Assembly (NCBI GenBank): GCA_963789955.1
Contig: CAWBMV010000016.1
Span: 35,422-99,421, forward strand
Source: an uncultured Candidatus Rokubacteria bacterium
GTDB taxonomy: Bacteria > Methylomirabilota > Methylomirabilia > Rokubacteriales > CSP1-6
Reading direction: 5' to 3'
DNA: 64,000 bases
Part shown: positions 8,611-20,306 of the stretch, piece by piece
Layout: each line of letters starts with the position of its first letter
How positions within the stretch are numbered: the first letter of the stretch is position 1
Program-made: the position numbers and the translations under genes
Notes under the pieces: model-generated
Database searches by the model: none
What the model saw: the letters and a program-made list of their open reading frames with translations, nothing else
What the model was told of the DNA's origin: nothing

Positions 8611-9031
8611 GTGCACGCTCTGTCTCGGCGGTATCGCGCGCTGGGACTCGGTCTCGCGGTCTGCGCGCTGGCGGCTGACGGGTTGCGCGTCGTCGAAATC
8701 GGCGCGCCCGGCGACCGCGCCGCCGGCACCCGGCACGCGCATCGTCGGATTCGCCTCCTGGTACGGGTCGCGCCATCAGGGCCACGCGACGGCGTCAGGC
8801 GAGGCCTTCGATATGAACAAGCTCACCGCCGCCCACCGCACGATGCCCTTCGGAACGCGCCTGCGCGTGACGAATGTCGAGAACGGACGAAGCGTCGTGG
8901 TGCGTGTGAACGACCGGGGCCCCTGGGTGAACGATCGCGTCCTCGACGTCAGCCTGGCCGCAGCGAAAGCCCTCGGCATGGTCGGCGACGGCGTGACCAA
9001 AGTCGAGGTCGTCGTCCTCGGCGCGCAGTGA
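8611..9031 (+). CDS. rlpA: RlpA-like lipoprotein (double-psi beta-barrel domain), apparent frameshift
   Basis: The C-terminal part reads RIVGFASWYGSRHQGHATASGEAFDMNKLTAAHRTMPFGTRLRVTNVENGRSVVVRVNDRGP. Removing one G near 8671 restores the signal plus lipobox ..LGLGLAVCALALTGCASS. Confidence 0.75.
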
Positions 9032-9033
9032 CC

Positions 9034-10341
9034 TCAGACCGCGGGCATGCCTCCGAGCACATCGCGGCTGAGTCCCGGATGCGCGACGCCGGCGCGGCGC
9101 AGCTCGCGCGTCGCCTCGATCCAGTCGGCGTCGCGCGGAATCACCGCGCCGCCCGACCGCACGGCATAGACGCTCGGATCGTCGACGCCGGGCGGGACCT
9201 TGCCGCTGTCGCGTAGCGCCTTCGCCGCGTCGATCAGCCGCTTGCGCGTCCGGATCACCATCGCGTCGCTGCTGCCCAGGCGCTCGTTCGTCCGGTCGTA
9301 GATCGGGCCCATGCTCTCGGTGACGGCCTGGTCCTGGAGGAAGATGGCGTCGATACCCGTGTAGCTGATCGTCTTCTGCGCCTGCCGGTCGATCTGGTAG
9401 TCGTTGGCGGCGTTGGCCACACATCGAAAGCGCGCGTACCAGTCGGTCGTGTTGGGGAGCGTTCGCGGCGGATTCACGACCTGGCGACCGGCCTTTCGGG
9501 TGCCCTGCGCACCGCGCGAGACCGTGATGGCCAAGGTGTGCTCGTCGTCCATCGGCACCCACGCGCGCACGCGAATCTCGAGCCCGAGCACGCCCGTCGG
9601 CACCATCGCGTAGAACGGGAACAGGAAGTTGGCGATGCGCCAGTAGTTCGTGTCGGCCTCGGCCGGCCGGTACGCGCCGTACATGACGCCGAAGTCCATG
9701 TCGCGCACCTGGTACCGAGGCGCCCGATCGGCCAGCGCGTGGCGGGCCCAGGTGCCGGCCGGCACTTCGTCGGCGCTCACCTTGCCGAGATGCAGGAACA
9801 CGGTGTGGCAGGTGTCGATGTCGCCCTCGAGCGCCTGCATCCAGTTGCACTCGCGCTGGTAGATCTGGATGCTGCTGTCCGCCAGCAACGTGGGCTCGAG
9901 ATCGGGCAACGGCGGCGGCGTCTCCCGCGGGCCGAGATAGGCCCAGATGAGGCCGGCCCGCTCCACGCAGGGATAGGCGACGGCTCTCGCCTTCTGCTTG
10001 AAGCTGCTCTCTTCGGGCTCGTTGGGCATGTCGACGCACCGGCCGCCGACGTCGAACTTCCAGCCGTGGTACACGCAGCGCAGGCCTTCGCCTTCGTTGC
10101 GGCCGTAGAACAGGCTTGCGCCACGGTGCGGACAGCTGTTCCGGACGAGCCCGACGGCGCCGGATGACGTCCGAAACGCGATCAGATCTTCGCCGAGCAA
10201 CCGCACGCGCAGCGGCGCGCCATCACGATCCGGGAGCTCGCTCGACAGGGCGGCCGGCATCCAGTACTGGCGCATCAGCTCGCCCATCGGAGTTCCGCGA
10301 CCGACCCGACACAGAAGCTCGTTGTCTTCGCGACTCAGCAT
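9034..10341 (-). CDS. Rieske [2Fe-2S] aromatic ring-hydroxylating oxygenase, catalytic subunit (phthalate-dioxygenase-like class)
   Basis: Intact 435-aa ORF with the Rieske motif CPHRGASL..x17..CVYHGWKF, followed by a mononuclear-iron catalytic domain. Confidence 0.85.
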   Translation of the reverse strand: MLSREDNELLCRVGRGTPMGELMRQYWMPAALSSELPDRDGAPLRVRLLGEDLIAFRTSSGAVGLVRNSCPHRGASLFYGRNEGEGLRCVYHGWKFDVGGRCVDMPNEPEESSFKQKARAVAYPCVERAGLIWAYLGPRETPPPLPDLEPTLLADSSIQIYQRECNWMQALEGDIDTCHTVFLHLGKVSADEVPAGTWARHALADRAPRYQVRDMDFGVMYGAYRPAEADTNYWRIANFLFPFYAMVPTGVLGLEIRVRAWVPMDDEHTLAITVSRGAQGTRKAGRQVVNPPRTLPNTTDWYARFRCVANAANDYQIDRQAQKTISYTGIDAIFLQDQAVTESMGPIYDRTNERLGSSDAMVIRTRKRLIDAAKALRDSGKVPPGVDDPSVYAVRSGGAVIPRDADWIEATRELRRAGVAHPGLSRDVLGGMPAV

Positions 10342-10436
10342 GTCGTGTTCCTCTCACCCGAAAGTCACAGCGCGACCCGCGCGCGTCGTCGTTTCGCGTA
10401 GACGTTAGCACATAATCCGGCGCAGCCACGGCGCCG

Positions 10437-10682
10437 CGGGACGGCCAAAGACGGCGTCGGAGGAGACCATCACCATGATGGCTCGACCGCGAACTTCGCG
10501 GCGGCGCCGCTCGCGAACCGCCACGGCTATCCGGTGCTGGCGCCTACGGCGCTCTCGATGAAGCTCGTGGACATGAAGCTCCCCTACTTCTTCTCGATGC
10601 TGCCCCAGCCGTACGTGCTGATGGCGGCGGCCGCCGACATGCTGGCCGCCAACGGCATCAAGACCGTGGCGGTCATCTACAC
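10437..10682 (+). pseudogene. Internal fragment of a LivK-type branched-chain amino acid substrate-binding protein gene
   Basis: The translation ..GSTANFAAAPLANRHGYPVLAPTALSMKLVDMKLPYFFSMLPQPYVLMAAAADMLAANGIKTVAVIY matches the middle of periplasmic Leu/Ile/Val-binding proteins. There is no N-terminus or signal peptide. The homology stops abruptly at about 10680. Confidence 0.55.
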
Positions 10683-11471
10683 CTCGATGGCCTCGATCTG
10701 GATCTGGCCGCGGGGCGGATCACGGCGATCGTCGGCTCGAACGGCGCCGGGAAGAGCACCTTGCTGAAGGCGCTGGCGGGTCTGCTGCCTCGCGACGGCC
10801 ACGCCGCGCTCGACGGCTACGTGCTGCCGCCGGGCTCGGCCACCGCGGCCGTGCGCGCCGGACTGATCCTGGTCGCCGAAGGGCGCCACCTGTTCCCGCG
10901 AATGACGGTGCTGGAAAATCTCCAGCTCGGCGGCTGGCTGCTCGCGAAGCGCGAGCGTGACGTCCGTCTCGAGCGAGCGCTCGCGCTGTTCCCGCGCCTC
11001 GGCGAGCGCCGTCACCAGCTCGCGGGCTCGATGAGCGGCGGCGAGCAGCAGATGGTGGCGCTCGCGCGCGCGCTCGTCGGACGGCCGCGCCTGCTGATGC
11101 TGGACGAGCCATCGCTCGGCCTGGCGCCGCGGCTCGTCGACGAAGTGATGGCCCTCGTGAGGCGCATCCGCGACGAGGACGTGACCGTCTTGCTCATCGA
11201 GCAGAACGTCGCCAAGGCGCTGGCGATCGCCGACGACGCGCACGTGCTCGAGCGCGGCCGCCTGGTGGCCAGCGGGCCGGCGGCGGAGCTGTTGAGATCA
11301 AGCCTTGTACGCACCGCCTACCTCGGCCGGCCAGGCCGCGTTCTGGCGGCGCAGGATCGTTCACTCGCGGCGGCAAGCACCGGCTGGCGTCGACGCGGGC
11401 TCTCTAGTACAGTCTGCGCGCTGAGCGTCGCTCAATCCCGCGGGAGTCTCGGAGGCCAGCATGGCGAGTGA
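10683..11471 (+). pseudogene. livF: LivF-type ABC transporter ATPase lacking its first ~20 codons and any start upstream of the Walker A motif
   Basis: The homology begins mid-domain (LDGLDLDLAAGRITAIVGSNGAGKSTLL..LSGGEQQMVALARAL..LLMLDEPSLGLAP..AYLG). It sits in a different frame from the adjoining SBP fragment. The first in-frame start candidate (10761) lies after Walker A. A 50-aa non-homologous tail runs into the next gene. Confidence 0.7.
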
Positions 11472-12297
11472 TGTGGTCCGCGTCGGCGATGTCGAGATCA
11501 TGATGCTGTCGGACGGGATGCTCGAGTTCGACCTGTGCAACTTCTTCCCGACGATCGCGGAAGACAACTGGAGTCCGTATGAGGCGCACCTGCACGAGCA
11601 CAAGGTGCGTTTCAATCTTGGCTCGTACCTGATCCGCGCGGGCGGGCGAACGGTCCTCATCGACACCGGCCTCGGCCCCAAGCCCGCCGAGACCCCGGAC
11701 GCCCCGTGGGGCCAGCTCATGAACGACTTCAAGGCCAAGGCCGTGCGCCCGGAAGAGATCGACATGGTCGTGATGACGCATCTGCATCGCGACCACGTGG
11801 GCTGGAATCTCAAGACCGAGGGCGGGAAATACGTGCCGACGTTTCCGCGGGCGCGCTACTGGATGCCGAAGCTCGATTGGGATTCATGCCACGATCCGGC
11901 ACTGCAGCCGACCCGGTGGGTCAACGCGCCGCAGTGCGTGTGGCCGCTGGCCGACCTCGGCCTCTGCGAGTTCATGCAGGGCGAGCAGAGCCTGACGCGC
12001 GAGCTCACCGCGGTGCCGACACCCGGCCACACGCCGGGGCACATGAGCATTCTCATCACCTCGAAGGGCGAGCGGGCGCTCGTGCTCGGCGATGCCGCCC
12101 ACAGCCCGGTGCAGGTGCTCGAGCCGGACTGGGTCTCGCGCGCCGACATGGATCCCGATCTGACCCGGCAAACGCGCAAAGCATTGATCGATCGCCTCGA
12201 GCGCGAGCAGATTCTCATCGCGGCGGGGCACTTCGAGGCTCCGGGCTACGGCAGGATCGTGCGCCTGGACGGGCGCCGCTACTGGAAGGGACTCTGA
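11461..12297 (+). CDS. MBL-fold metallo-hydrolase
   Basis: Intact 278-aa ORF with the HxHxDH motif (THLHRDHVGW) and downstream His/Asp ligands (TPGHTPGH, GDAAH). Confidence 0.8.
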   Translation: MASDVVRVGDVEIMMLSDGMLEFDLCNFFPTIAEDNWSPYEAHLHEHKVRFNLGSYLIRAGGRTVLIDTGLGPKPAETPDAPWGQLMNDFKAKAVRPEEIDMVVMTHLHRDHVGWNLKTEGGKYVPTFPRARYWMPKLDWDSCHDPALQPTRWVNAPQCVWPLADLGLCEFMQGEQSLTRELTAVPTPGHTPGHMSILITSKGERALVLGDAAHSPVQVLEPDWVSRADMDPDLTRQTRKALIDRLEREQILIAAGHFEAPGYGRIVRLDGRRYWKGL

Positions 12298-12307
12298 GCC
12301 GCTCGGG

Positions 12308-13939
<1,632 letters not shown>

Positions 13940-13943
<4 letters not shown>

Positions 13944-14246
13944 GAGTGCTCGACGAGGTCGAGCCCCTCCAGAACCCGCGCGGTGTTCGACATGTCGCCG
14001 ATGACACGGCGGGCCGGGAAGCGGGAGCTCCTTCACGCACGTCGGCGCCGCGATGATCTGCTCGGCGGACGCGCGCGCCGGTTGCTCGTAGAGGTTGACC
14101 ACCTCGAGCTCGTACGCGCCGGCGAAATGCTCTTCGCAGATCGCCCGGATGTTCTCGACGGCCCGCGTCGAGCGCGCGGTCATGCCGGCGACGAACAGTC
14201 GCAGCACGTACGCTCGCTGCGAACCCTGCGGGCCGTGGGATTCCAA
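13940..14246 (-). CDS. kaiB: KaiB paralog 2 (thioredoxin-like clock protein), one apparent frameshift
   Basis: The product is ..RAYVLRLFVAGMTARSTRAVENIRAICEEHFAGAYELEVVNLYEQPARASAEQIIAAPTCVKELPLP. Removing one G near 13990 continues it as ARRVIGDMSNTARVLEGLDLVEHS-TGA. Confidence 0.7.
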
Positions 14247-14249
14247 CGC

Positions 14250-14513
14250 TCAGCGCGCCGGTCGGACATCCAGCCCGACGAGGACACGGTCGGTATTCGA
14301 GAGATCTCCGATGATCTTGCGCACCGGCTCGGGCAGAAGCCGGACGAGCGTCGGCACCGCGAGGATCTGATCTCCCGCCGCCAGCTGCGGGTTCTGAATC
14401 AGGTCGATGACCTCGATCCGGTATCGGCCCTTGAGGTGCTCCTCGCAGATCCGCTTGAGATTGGCGAACGCCTTGACCGAGCGAGGCGTCTGCCCGGCGA
14501 TGTACAGCCGCAA
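14250..14513 (-). CDS. kaiB: KaiB
   Basis: The intact [86 protein letters not shown] shows the canonical KaiB pattern. It has a TTG start. A possible longer N-terminus from ATG 14581 would need one frame correction. Confidence 0.85.
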   Translation of the reverse strand: MRLYIAGQTPRSVKAFANLKRICEEHLKGRYRIEVIDLIQNPQLAAGDQILAVPTLVRLLPEPVRKIIGDLSNTDRVLVGLDVRPAR

Positions 14514-14722
14514 GATCTGCTCGATCGGACGGGCGCAGACGTCGGCGACGGTCCGCTCGGACGAATTTCCGTCATCTCCATGACTTCACCGTATACTTAC
14601 CGGTCCTCAGCTACGCCATCGTCGTCACGTTCGCGCCGCGTTCCCACACCGCGTTCGTCACTTTGGATCCGTTGTCGCTCATGTCGGCCGCCGGCTCTCG
14701 GCAATGTCCTGACGCTCGTCGC

Positions 14723-16366
14723 TCAAGCGCGTCGACCCGTGTTCATCTGCTCATCGATCCCGGTGGCCAGATCGGCCTGCTCCGCCTCGAACTTGGCCCG
14801 CATGGATGCCAGCTCCGCCTCGAACGCGGCTCGCAGCCGGGCGAGCGTCCGCTCTTTGCGCTCGATCTCCTGCTGCTGCGCGAGCTCGGCCGCTCGCTCC
14901 TGGGCTTCCTGACGTCAAGCGCGCGGAGCCCGTGAGCACGCCGCCGGCGCCGGCGTAGACGTCGACGAGCTCGATACCATGGTCGGTCAGGAGAAACTCG
15001 CGGATCTGATTGGAGTGACCCATCCCGCGCGACTTGAGCACGTAGAGGCCGCGATTTCTCTCGCCGCTCGACTCGAGCGTGACCAGCAGGAGCCAGGTGT
15101 CGACGATCGACGAGATCTCCGCGTCCGTCTGCTCGAGCTCGGTCTTCCCGTGGGAGAGGCTGGTCATGAGCGCGGTGATGCCCTGCGTCTTGAGGTGGTC
15201 CACGAGCCGGGTCAAGCGTCGACCGGACGTCTGCCGTCGCCGCCACCGACAGCAAGCTGCTCACCGGGTCGAGGATCACCACATCCGGATGGAATCGCTC
15301 GATCGCCCGGTACATCTGCGACAGGTGCATCTCGAGCCCGTGCAGCGCGGGACGAGACGCGTGGTACTCCAGAAGACCACGGTCGATCCACGGCTGCAGG
15401 TCGAGGCCGATCGACCGCATGTTACGGACCACCTGCTGCGGCGATTCCTCGAACAAGAACACCAGGCAGCGTTCTCCGCGCCGGCAGGCCGCGTCGACGA
15501 AGTGGGCGCCCAGGCTGCTCTTGCCGGCGCCGGCGGTGCCGGACACGAGGATCGTGCTGCCCCGGAAGTAGCCTCGGCCTCCGAGCATCGTGTCGAGCCG
15601 GGCGACACCGCTCGAGACGCGCTCGGACGACGCGGCATGACTGAGACCCATCGAGGTGATCGGCAGCACCGCCATCCCGTCCTCGTCGATGAGGAACGGG
15701 TACTCGTTGGTCCCGTGGGACGAGCCGCGGTACTTCACGATGCGAAGGCGCCGCGTGGAGACCTGCTCGGTCACCCGGTGGTCGAGCAGGATCACCGCGT
15801 CCGACACGTATTCTTCGAGGCCCTGTCGCGTGAGGGCGCCGTCGCCTCGCTCGCCGGTGATCACCGCCGTCACGCCCTTGTCCTTGAGCCAGCGGAACAG
15901 GCGGCGCAGCTCGGCCCGTAGAATCGACTCGTTGGCGAGGCCCGAGAAGAGCGATTCGACCGTGTCGAGCACGACGCGGCGGGCTCCGATGGAGTCGATG
16001 GCGAAGCCGAGCCGGACGAAGAGTCCCTCGAGATCGTAGTCACCGGTCTCCTCGATCTCGCTGCGCTCGACCCTGACGTGGTCGAGCACGATCTTCTTCT
16101 TCTCGATCAGCGCCGGAAGGTCGTAGCCGAGCGAGGCGACGTTCTTGGCGAGCTCGTCGTTGCTCTCCTCGAAGCTCATGAACACGCCGGGCTCGTCGAA
16201 CCTGGTCGCGCCGTTGACGAGGAAGCTCATGGCGAAGAGGGTTTTGCCGCAGCCGGCCGAGCCGCAGATCAGGGTGGGCCGGCCGGTCGGCAGGCCTCCT
16301 CCCGTGATCTGATCGAAGCCTTCGATACCGGTGGGCGATTTGGGTAGACGCGGTCACGATGCGCAA
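14723..16366 (-). CDS. kaiC: KaiC homolog (double RecA-like CI/CII ATPase) with a ~62-aa C-terminal coiled-coil-like extension; three apparent frameshifts
   Basis: - CI domain: LPKSPTGIEGFDQITGGGLPTGRPTLICGSAGCGKT .. VFMSFEES.
- CII domain: GYFRGSTILVSGTAGAGKS .. LVFLFEES .. AEISSIVDTWLLL .. LYVLKSRGMGHSNQIREF.
- Frame changes occur near 16340, 15219 and 14912.
- The corrected tail is QEAQERAAELAQQQEIERKERTLARLRAAFEAELASMRAKFEAEQADLATGIDEQMNTGRRA, ending at TGA 14723-14725. Confidence 0.85.
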
Positions 16367-16409
16367 ATCATGCCCAGAGGACTCTGTCAGACGCCATCAG
16401 GTGTTCACC

Positions 16410-17642
16410 TCATGAGCGGGCCTCCGCGATGACCTTCTGCGCCATCGGGGTGCCCTGCAGGTGGAAGAACGCGAGCATGTTGCCCGCCGCGATCTTGAAC
16501 GCTTCGCCGGCCGGCACACCCGCGAACAGCCGCTCGGCGAACGGCCGCGTGTTCGGCCAGTCGCATTCGATGTGCGGGAAGTCCGTGGCGAACATGATGC
16601 GGTCCACGCCCATGTGGTGACGCAGCTCGACGGCCACCCGCTCCACGTGCTGGACGCTGAAGAAGATGTGCTCGCGAACGTAGTCGCTCGGCCGCTGCTT
16701 GAGCGGCTTGAAGTTCAGCAGGCGCGCGGCCCAGTGGCGGTGCCGCTCGTACCAGTAGTCGGCTTCCTCCATCCAGAACGGCACCCAGCCCAGGCGTGTC
16801 TCGGCGAAGAAGATCTTGAGGTCGGGGAGGCGATCGAACACACCGGACAGGATGAGCTGGGCGAAGCTCATCGACGGCGCGATCCCGAGGAACGGCAGCG
16901 CCACCCACTCGACGAGCTTTCGCGGCCCGAGCTTGGCCAGCATCGCGGGATCGGCGCCGGGATACTCGAAGGTGGGCTGAGACGCGCGCGGTCCGAGACG
17001 GTCGAAGCCGACGTGGACCGTGAGCGGCATCTTCATGTCGATCGCCGCGGCCCAGAAGCGATCGTCCGCGGGAGTCGGATACGCCTTGCCGCTCGGGAAC
17101 ACGCCGAGGTTGACGCCTTTGAGGCCGAGCTTCGCGCAGTGCTCGAGCTCGGCGATGGCGTCGTCGACGTTGGTCCACGGGATCACGCCGAGCCCGATGA
17201 GGCGATCGCGCGACACCGCGCAGTACTCCTCGCCGAGCCAGTCGTTGTACGCGCGCACCGTCGCGCGATAGACGTCGTCGTCCGTCAGCGTGCGCCAGAG
17301 CCGCGGGCCCACCTGCATGTTGGGGAAGAGCACCTCGGCGTGCAGCGCGTCCATGTCCTGCTCGCGCAGGCGCTGCTCGGGCGGGCCGACGCCGGCCGTG
17401 TCGTCGACGGTCACGCCGATCGGCTCCCAGGTCTCGTTGGTCCGCCCGGCCCTGAGATCGAGGAACGGCGCGGGATAGGGCGGCTGGCCCTCGACGAGGA
17501 TCGCGTCGCCGCCGTCGGGGAGCTTGATCGTCCGCGGCGCCTTCTCACGAAGCTTCGCGGGCATGTGCGGCGTCCACCGCTCCGGGCGGACTTCCAGGTG
17601 ACCGTCGCTCGAGATCAGGGGCGGAAGACCGGAGGTGGTCAT
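16410..17642 (-). CDS. Amidohydrolase-2 (PF04909-like) family metal-dependent hydrolase/decarboxylase
   Basis: The ORF is intact. The best start is ATG 17642 (MTTSGLPPLISSDGHLEV), preceded by AAAGGAGAG. It has family-like segments GVIPWTNVDDAIAELEHCAKLGLKGVNL and FATDFPHIE. Confidence 0.7.
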   Translation of the reverse strand: MTTSGLPPLISSDGHLEVRPERWTPHMPAKLREKAPRTIKLPDGGDAILVEGQPPYPAPFLDLRAGRTNETWEPIGVTVDDTAGVGPPEQRLREQDMDALHAEVLFPNMQVGPRLWRTLTDDDVYRATVRAYNDWLGEEYCAVSRDRLIGLGVIPWTNVDDAIAELEHCAKLGLKGVNLGVFPSGKAYPTPADDRFWAAAIDMKMPLTVHVGFDRLGPRASQPTFEYPGADPAMLAKLGPRKLVEWVALPFLGIAPSMSFAQLILSGVFDRLPDLKIFFAETRLGWVPFWMEEADYWYERHRHWAARLLNFKPLKQRPSDYVREHIFFSVQHVERVAVELRHHMGVDRIMFATDFPHIECDWPNTRPFAERLFAGVPAGEAFKIAAGNMLAFFHLQGTPMAQKVIAEARS

Positions 17643-17710
17643 GGCGGCTCTCCTTTTCTCCGGGCGCGATGGTACCATCGGCCGCGGATACGATGTGAAG
17701 GGAGGCCGCT

Positions 17711-18776
17711 ATGGGCGCGATCCTGGGTCTCGGCGTCACCCACTACCCGCCACTCGCGCGGACAGGACGAGCACATGGCACGCATCCTCAAGCGCGTCAT
17801 GCAGGATCCCGATCTTCCCGAGCGCTACCGCCGCCCGAAGGCTGGCCGGAGCCGATGCGACAGCGAGTACGGCGCCGATCAGGGGCTGAGCGCGGCGCAA
17901 GCGCCACCGCGAGGCGCTCGTCGCCGGATTCCGCGACGCGCGACGGCGGCTCGACGAGTTCGCGCCGGACGTCGTCCTGGTCTGGGGCGACGACCAGTAC
18001 GAGAACTTCAAGGAAGACATCATCCCGCCCTTCTGCGTGCTGGCCTACGAGTCGATCGAGCACCGGCCGTGGGCGGAGGCACGCTGGCAGAAGGCGAAGA
18101 ACGCGTGGGACGAGTCGAGCGACGCGACGTTCGTCTACAAGGGGCATCGCGCCGCCGCCAAATCGCTCGTGACGGGGCTGCTCGACGCGGGTCTCGACGT
18201 GTCCTACGCGTACCGGCCGCTCCATCATCCGCTCGGCCACGCCTTCATGAACACGCTGCTGTATCTCGACTACGACCGGCAGGGCTTCCCCTACCCGGTC
18301 GTGCCGTTCTCGATCAACTGCTACGGCCGCAAGGTCATCTCGCAGCAGGGCGGCGTGTCGAGCTTCGCCGATCTGCCGACCGAGGCGCAGCTCGACCCGC
18401 CGTCGCCGGCGCCCTGGCGCTGCTTCGATCTCGGTCGCGCCACCGCGCGCGTGATGGCCGCAGAGCCCGTGGCGCGTGGCGCTGGTCGCGTCGTCGAGCT
18501 GGTCGCACGCGTTCCTGACGCCGAAGAACCACCTGCTCGTATCCGGACGTCGACGGCCGATCGCGCGCTCTACGAGACGCTGCGGTCCGGCGACTACGAG
18601 GCCTGGCGCAAGACGCCGCTGGCGAGCATCGAGGAGAGCGGCCAGCAGGAGATGCTGAACTGGATGTGCCTGGCCGGCGCGATGGCGGAGCTCGACCGGC
18701 GGCCCGACGCTCGACCAAGTTCATCGAGACCTACATCTTCAACTCGAGCAAGTGCTTCGCGTCGTTCCCGGCCTGA
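17711..18776 (+). pseudogene. LigB-type (class III) extradiol ring-cleavage dioxygenase, at least 6 frame changes
   Basis: The conserved sequence can be followed only by hopping frames: MGAILGLGVTHYPPLA / GQDEHMARILKRVMQDPDLPERYRRP / EGWPEPMRQ / EYGADQGLSAAQ / RHREALVAGFRDARRRLDEFAPDVVLVWGDDQYENFKEDIIPPFCVLAYES...RATARVMA / WRVALVASSSWSHAFLTPKNHLL / YPDVD / ADRALYETL...ELDRRPD / ..FIETYIFNSSKCFASFPA-TGA (18774-18776). Four of the changes fall within 17758-17900. Confidence 0.65.
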
Positions 18777-18795
18777 CGGCCGGGAACGCGCGCGA

Positions 18796-19961
18796 TCACT
18801 TGCGGGTCGCGAAGTGCGGCTTGACCTCTTTCGCGAACCAGGCGAGCTGCTCCAGCATCACGCTCTGCGGCGTGCCCATGCTGTTGCTCACGTGGACGTA
18901 CTCGAGGCCCGGGTACTTCTGCTCGAGCGATCTGAGGTGCGCCACGAACTCCTCGGGCGTTCCGGCGAACCACGCGCCGACCTTCGTGTAGTCCTCGACG
19001 GTCGGCACGCCGGCGGCGCCCCAGCCGCCGCGCTTCATCGCCACGCGCGTTCTGCTCGGCGGTCATGCCGGGCACGAAGCCGAGCGGACCGAACATCTTC
19101 ACGTGCTCCTCGTACCACGGGCGTGATCTCGCGCACCGCGCGCTCGCGCGACTCGGCCAGGTGGAAGAAGATGCCGAGGCTCAGCCCCTCGCCGAGCTTG
19201 TAGTTCGACGACCGGCGCGCTCCGACGCCTCCTGATAGGCGTGGATCGAGCTGCTCGGCCATCGTCGCGGCGCCGCCGCCGATCAGGCCCTTGATGCGGT
19301 GTTTCATCATGAAGTCGAGCCCGCGGGCGCTGGCGCTCACGACGGGCTGCCAGCACTCGACGGGCTGCCGCAGCGGGCGCGGCACGAGCGTCAGATCGCG
19401 GAGCTCGTACCCGCGGTACGGGACGGCCGGCGGCAGCGTGTAGTGCTGGCCCCGATGCGTGAACCGCTCGGAGTGGAACGACTTCATGAGGATGTCGACC
19501 TGCTCCTCGAAGAGCGCGCGGTTCGCCTCGGCGTCGAGCATCGGGCTGCCGAACGTCTCGACCTCCCGGCTGTGATACCCGCGGCCCACGCCGAACACCA
19601 CGCGGCCGCCCGTGAGGATATCCGCGGTCGCGAAGTCCTCCGCGAGCCGCAGCGGATGCCACATCGGCGTGATGTTGAAGCCGCAGCCGATGCGAAGCCG
19701 CGTCGTGAGATGCGCCAGGTGGACGGCCACCATCATGATGTTCGGGATGCACTCGTAGCCCTCGTGCTGGAAGTGGTGCTCGGCCAGCCAGAGGATGCTG
19801 TATTCGTGCTCGTCCATGCACCGCGCGATGGCCTCGGTCTTGTCGAACACCGACGCCAGATGCTCGTTCGAGTACCGCCGCTCGTTGGCCGGCGTGGCCA
19901 TCTGGCCCATGTCCCCCAGATCCACGTGCCCGGCATACACCGTCGAGAACTTGCTGATCAT
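18796..19961 (-). CDS. LLM-class (luciferase-like) flavin-dependent oxidoreductase, apparent frameshifts
   Basis: The N-terminal 240 aa are in ORF 19035..19961 (..ILWLAEHHFQHEGYECIPN..GRVVFGVGRGYHSREVETFG..). The C-terminus is in ORFs 18731..19102 (..VKMFGPLGFVPGMTAEQNA) and 18796..19044 (..TPEEFVAHLRSLEQKYPGLEYVHVSNSMG..). There are at least three frame changes between about 19030 and 19270. Confidence 0.75.
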
Positions 19962-20024
19962 CTCTCCCCCTCCGCGCGCGAGCCTATCAGCGGCGTCATT
20001 CCAACGTCAAACCCGGCGCCGTCA

Positions 20025-20190
20025 TTCCGGCGGGAGGCGGGTGGGGTGGCGGTGGGGGTCGTGCGACCACGCGGCACGCGTTCGCTGCTCCGGGGCGGCT
20101 GGGCTCCATCCCGGCGCGCCACTTCCGCCGCCGCTTGGAGGGAACGAGTCGCACGACCCCCGCCGCCACCCCACCCGCCTCCCGCCGGAA
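20025..20190. repeat. 166-nt hairpin element, copy 1 (43-nt G-rich arm, 80-nt core, 43-nt C-rich arm)
   Basis: Arm 20025-20067 (TTCCGGCGGGAGGCGGGTGGGGTGGCGGTGGGGGTCGTGCGAC) is the reverse complement of 20148-20190 at 42 of 43 positions. The one exception is a T opposite G. Confidence 0.9.
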
Positions 20191-20306
20191 CGTCTGCATC
20201 AGGCAGGACGCGTGAACCGCGATCATCCCTGCGCACCGAGGCCGAGCAGTGGTCGAGCTGGTCCTAGGCTCGGGCGCGATGCTCGCGCACATCCTGACCG
20301 CTGAGG

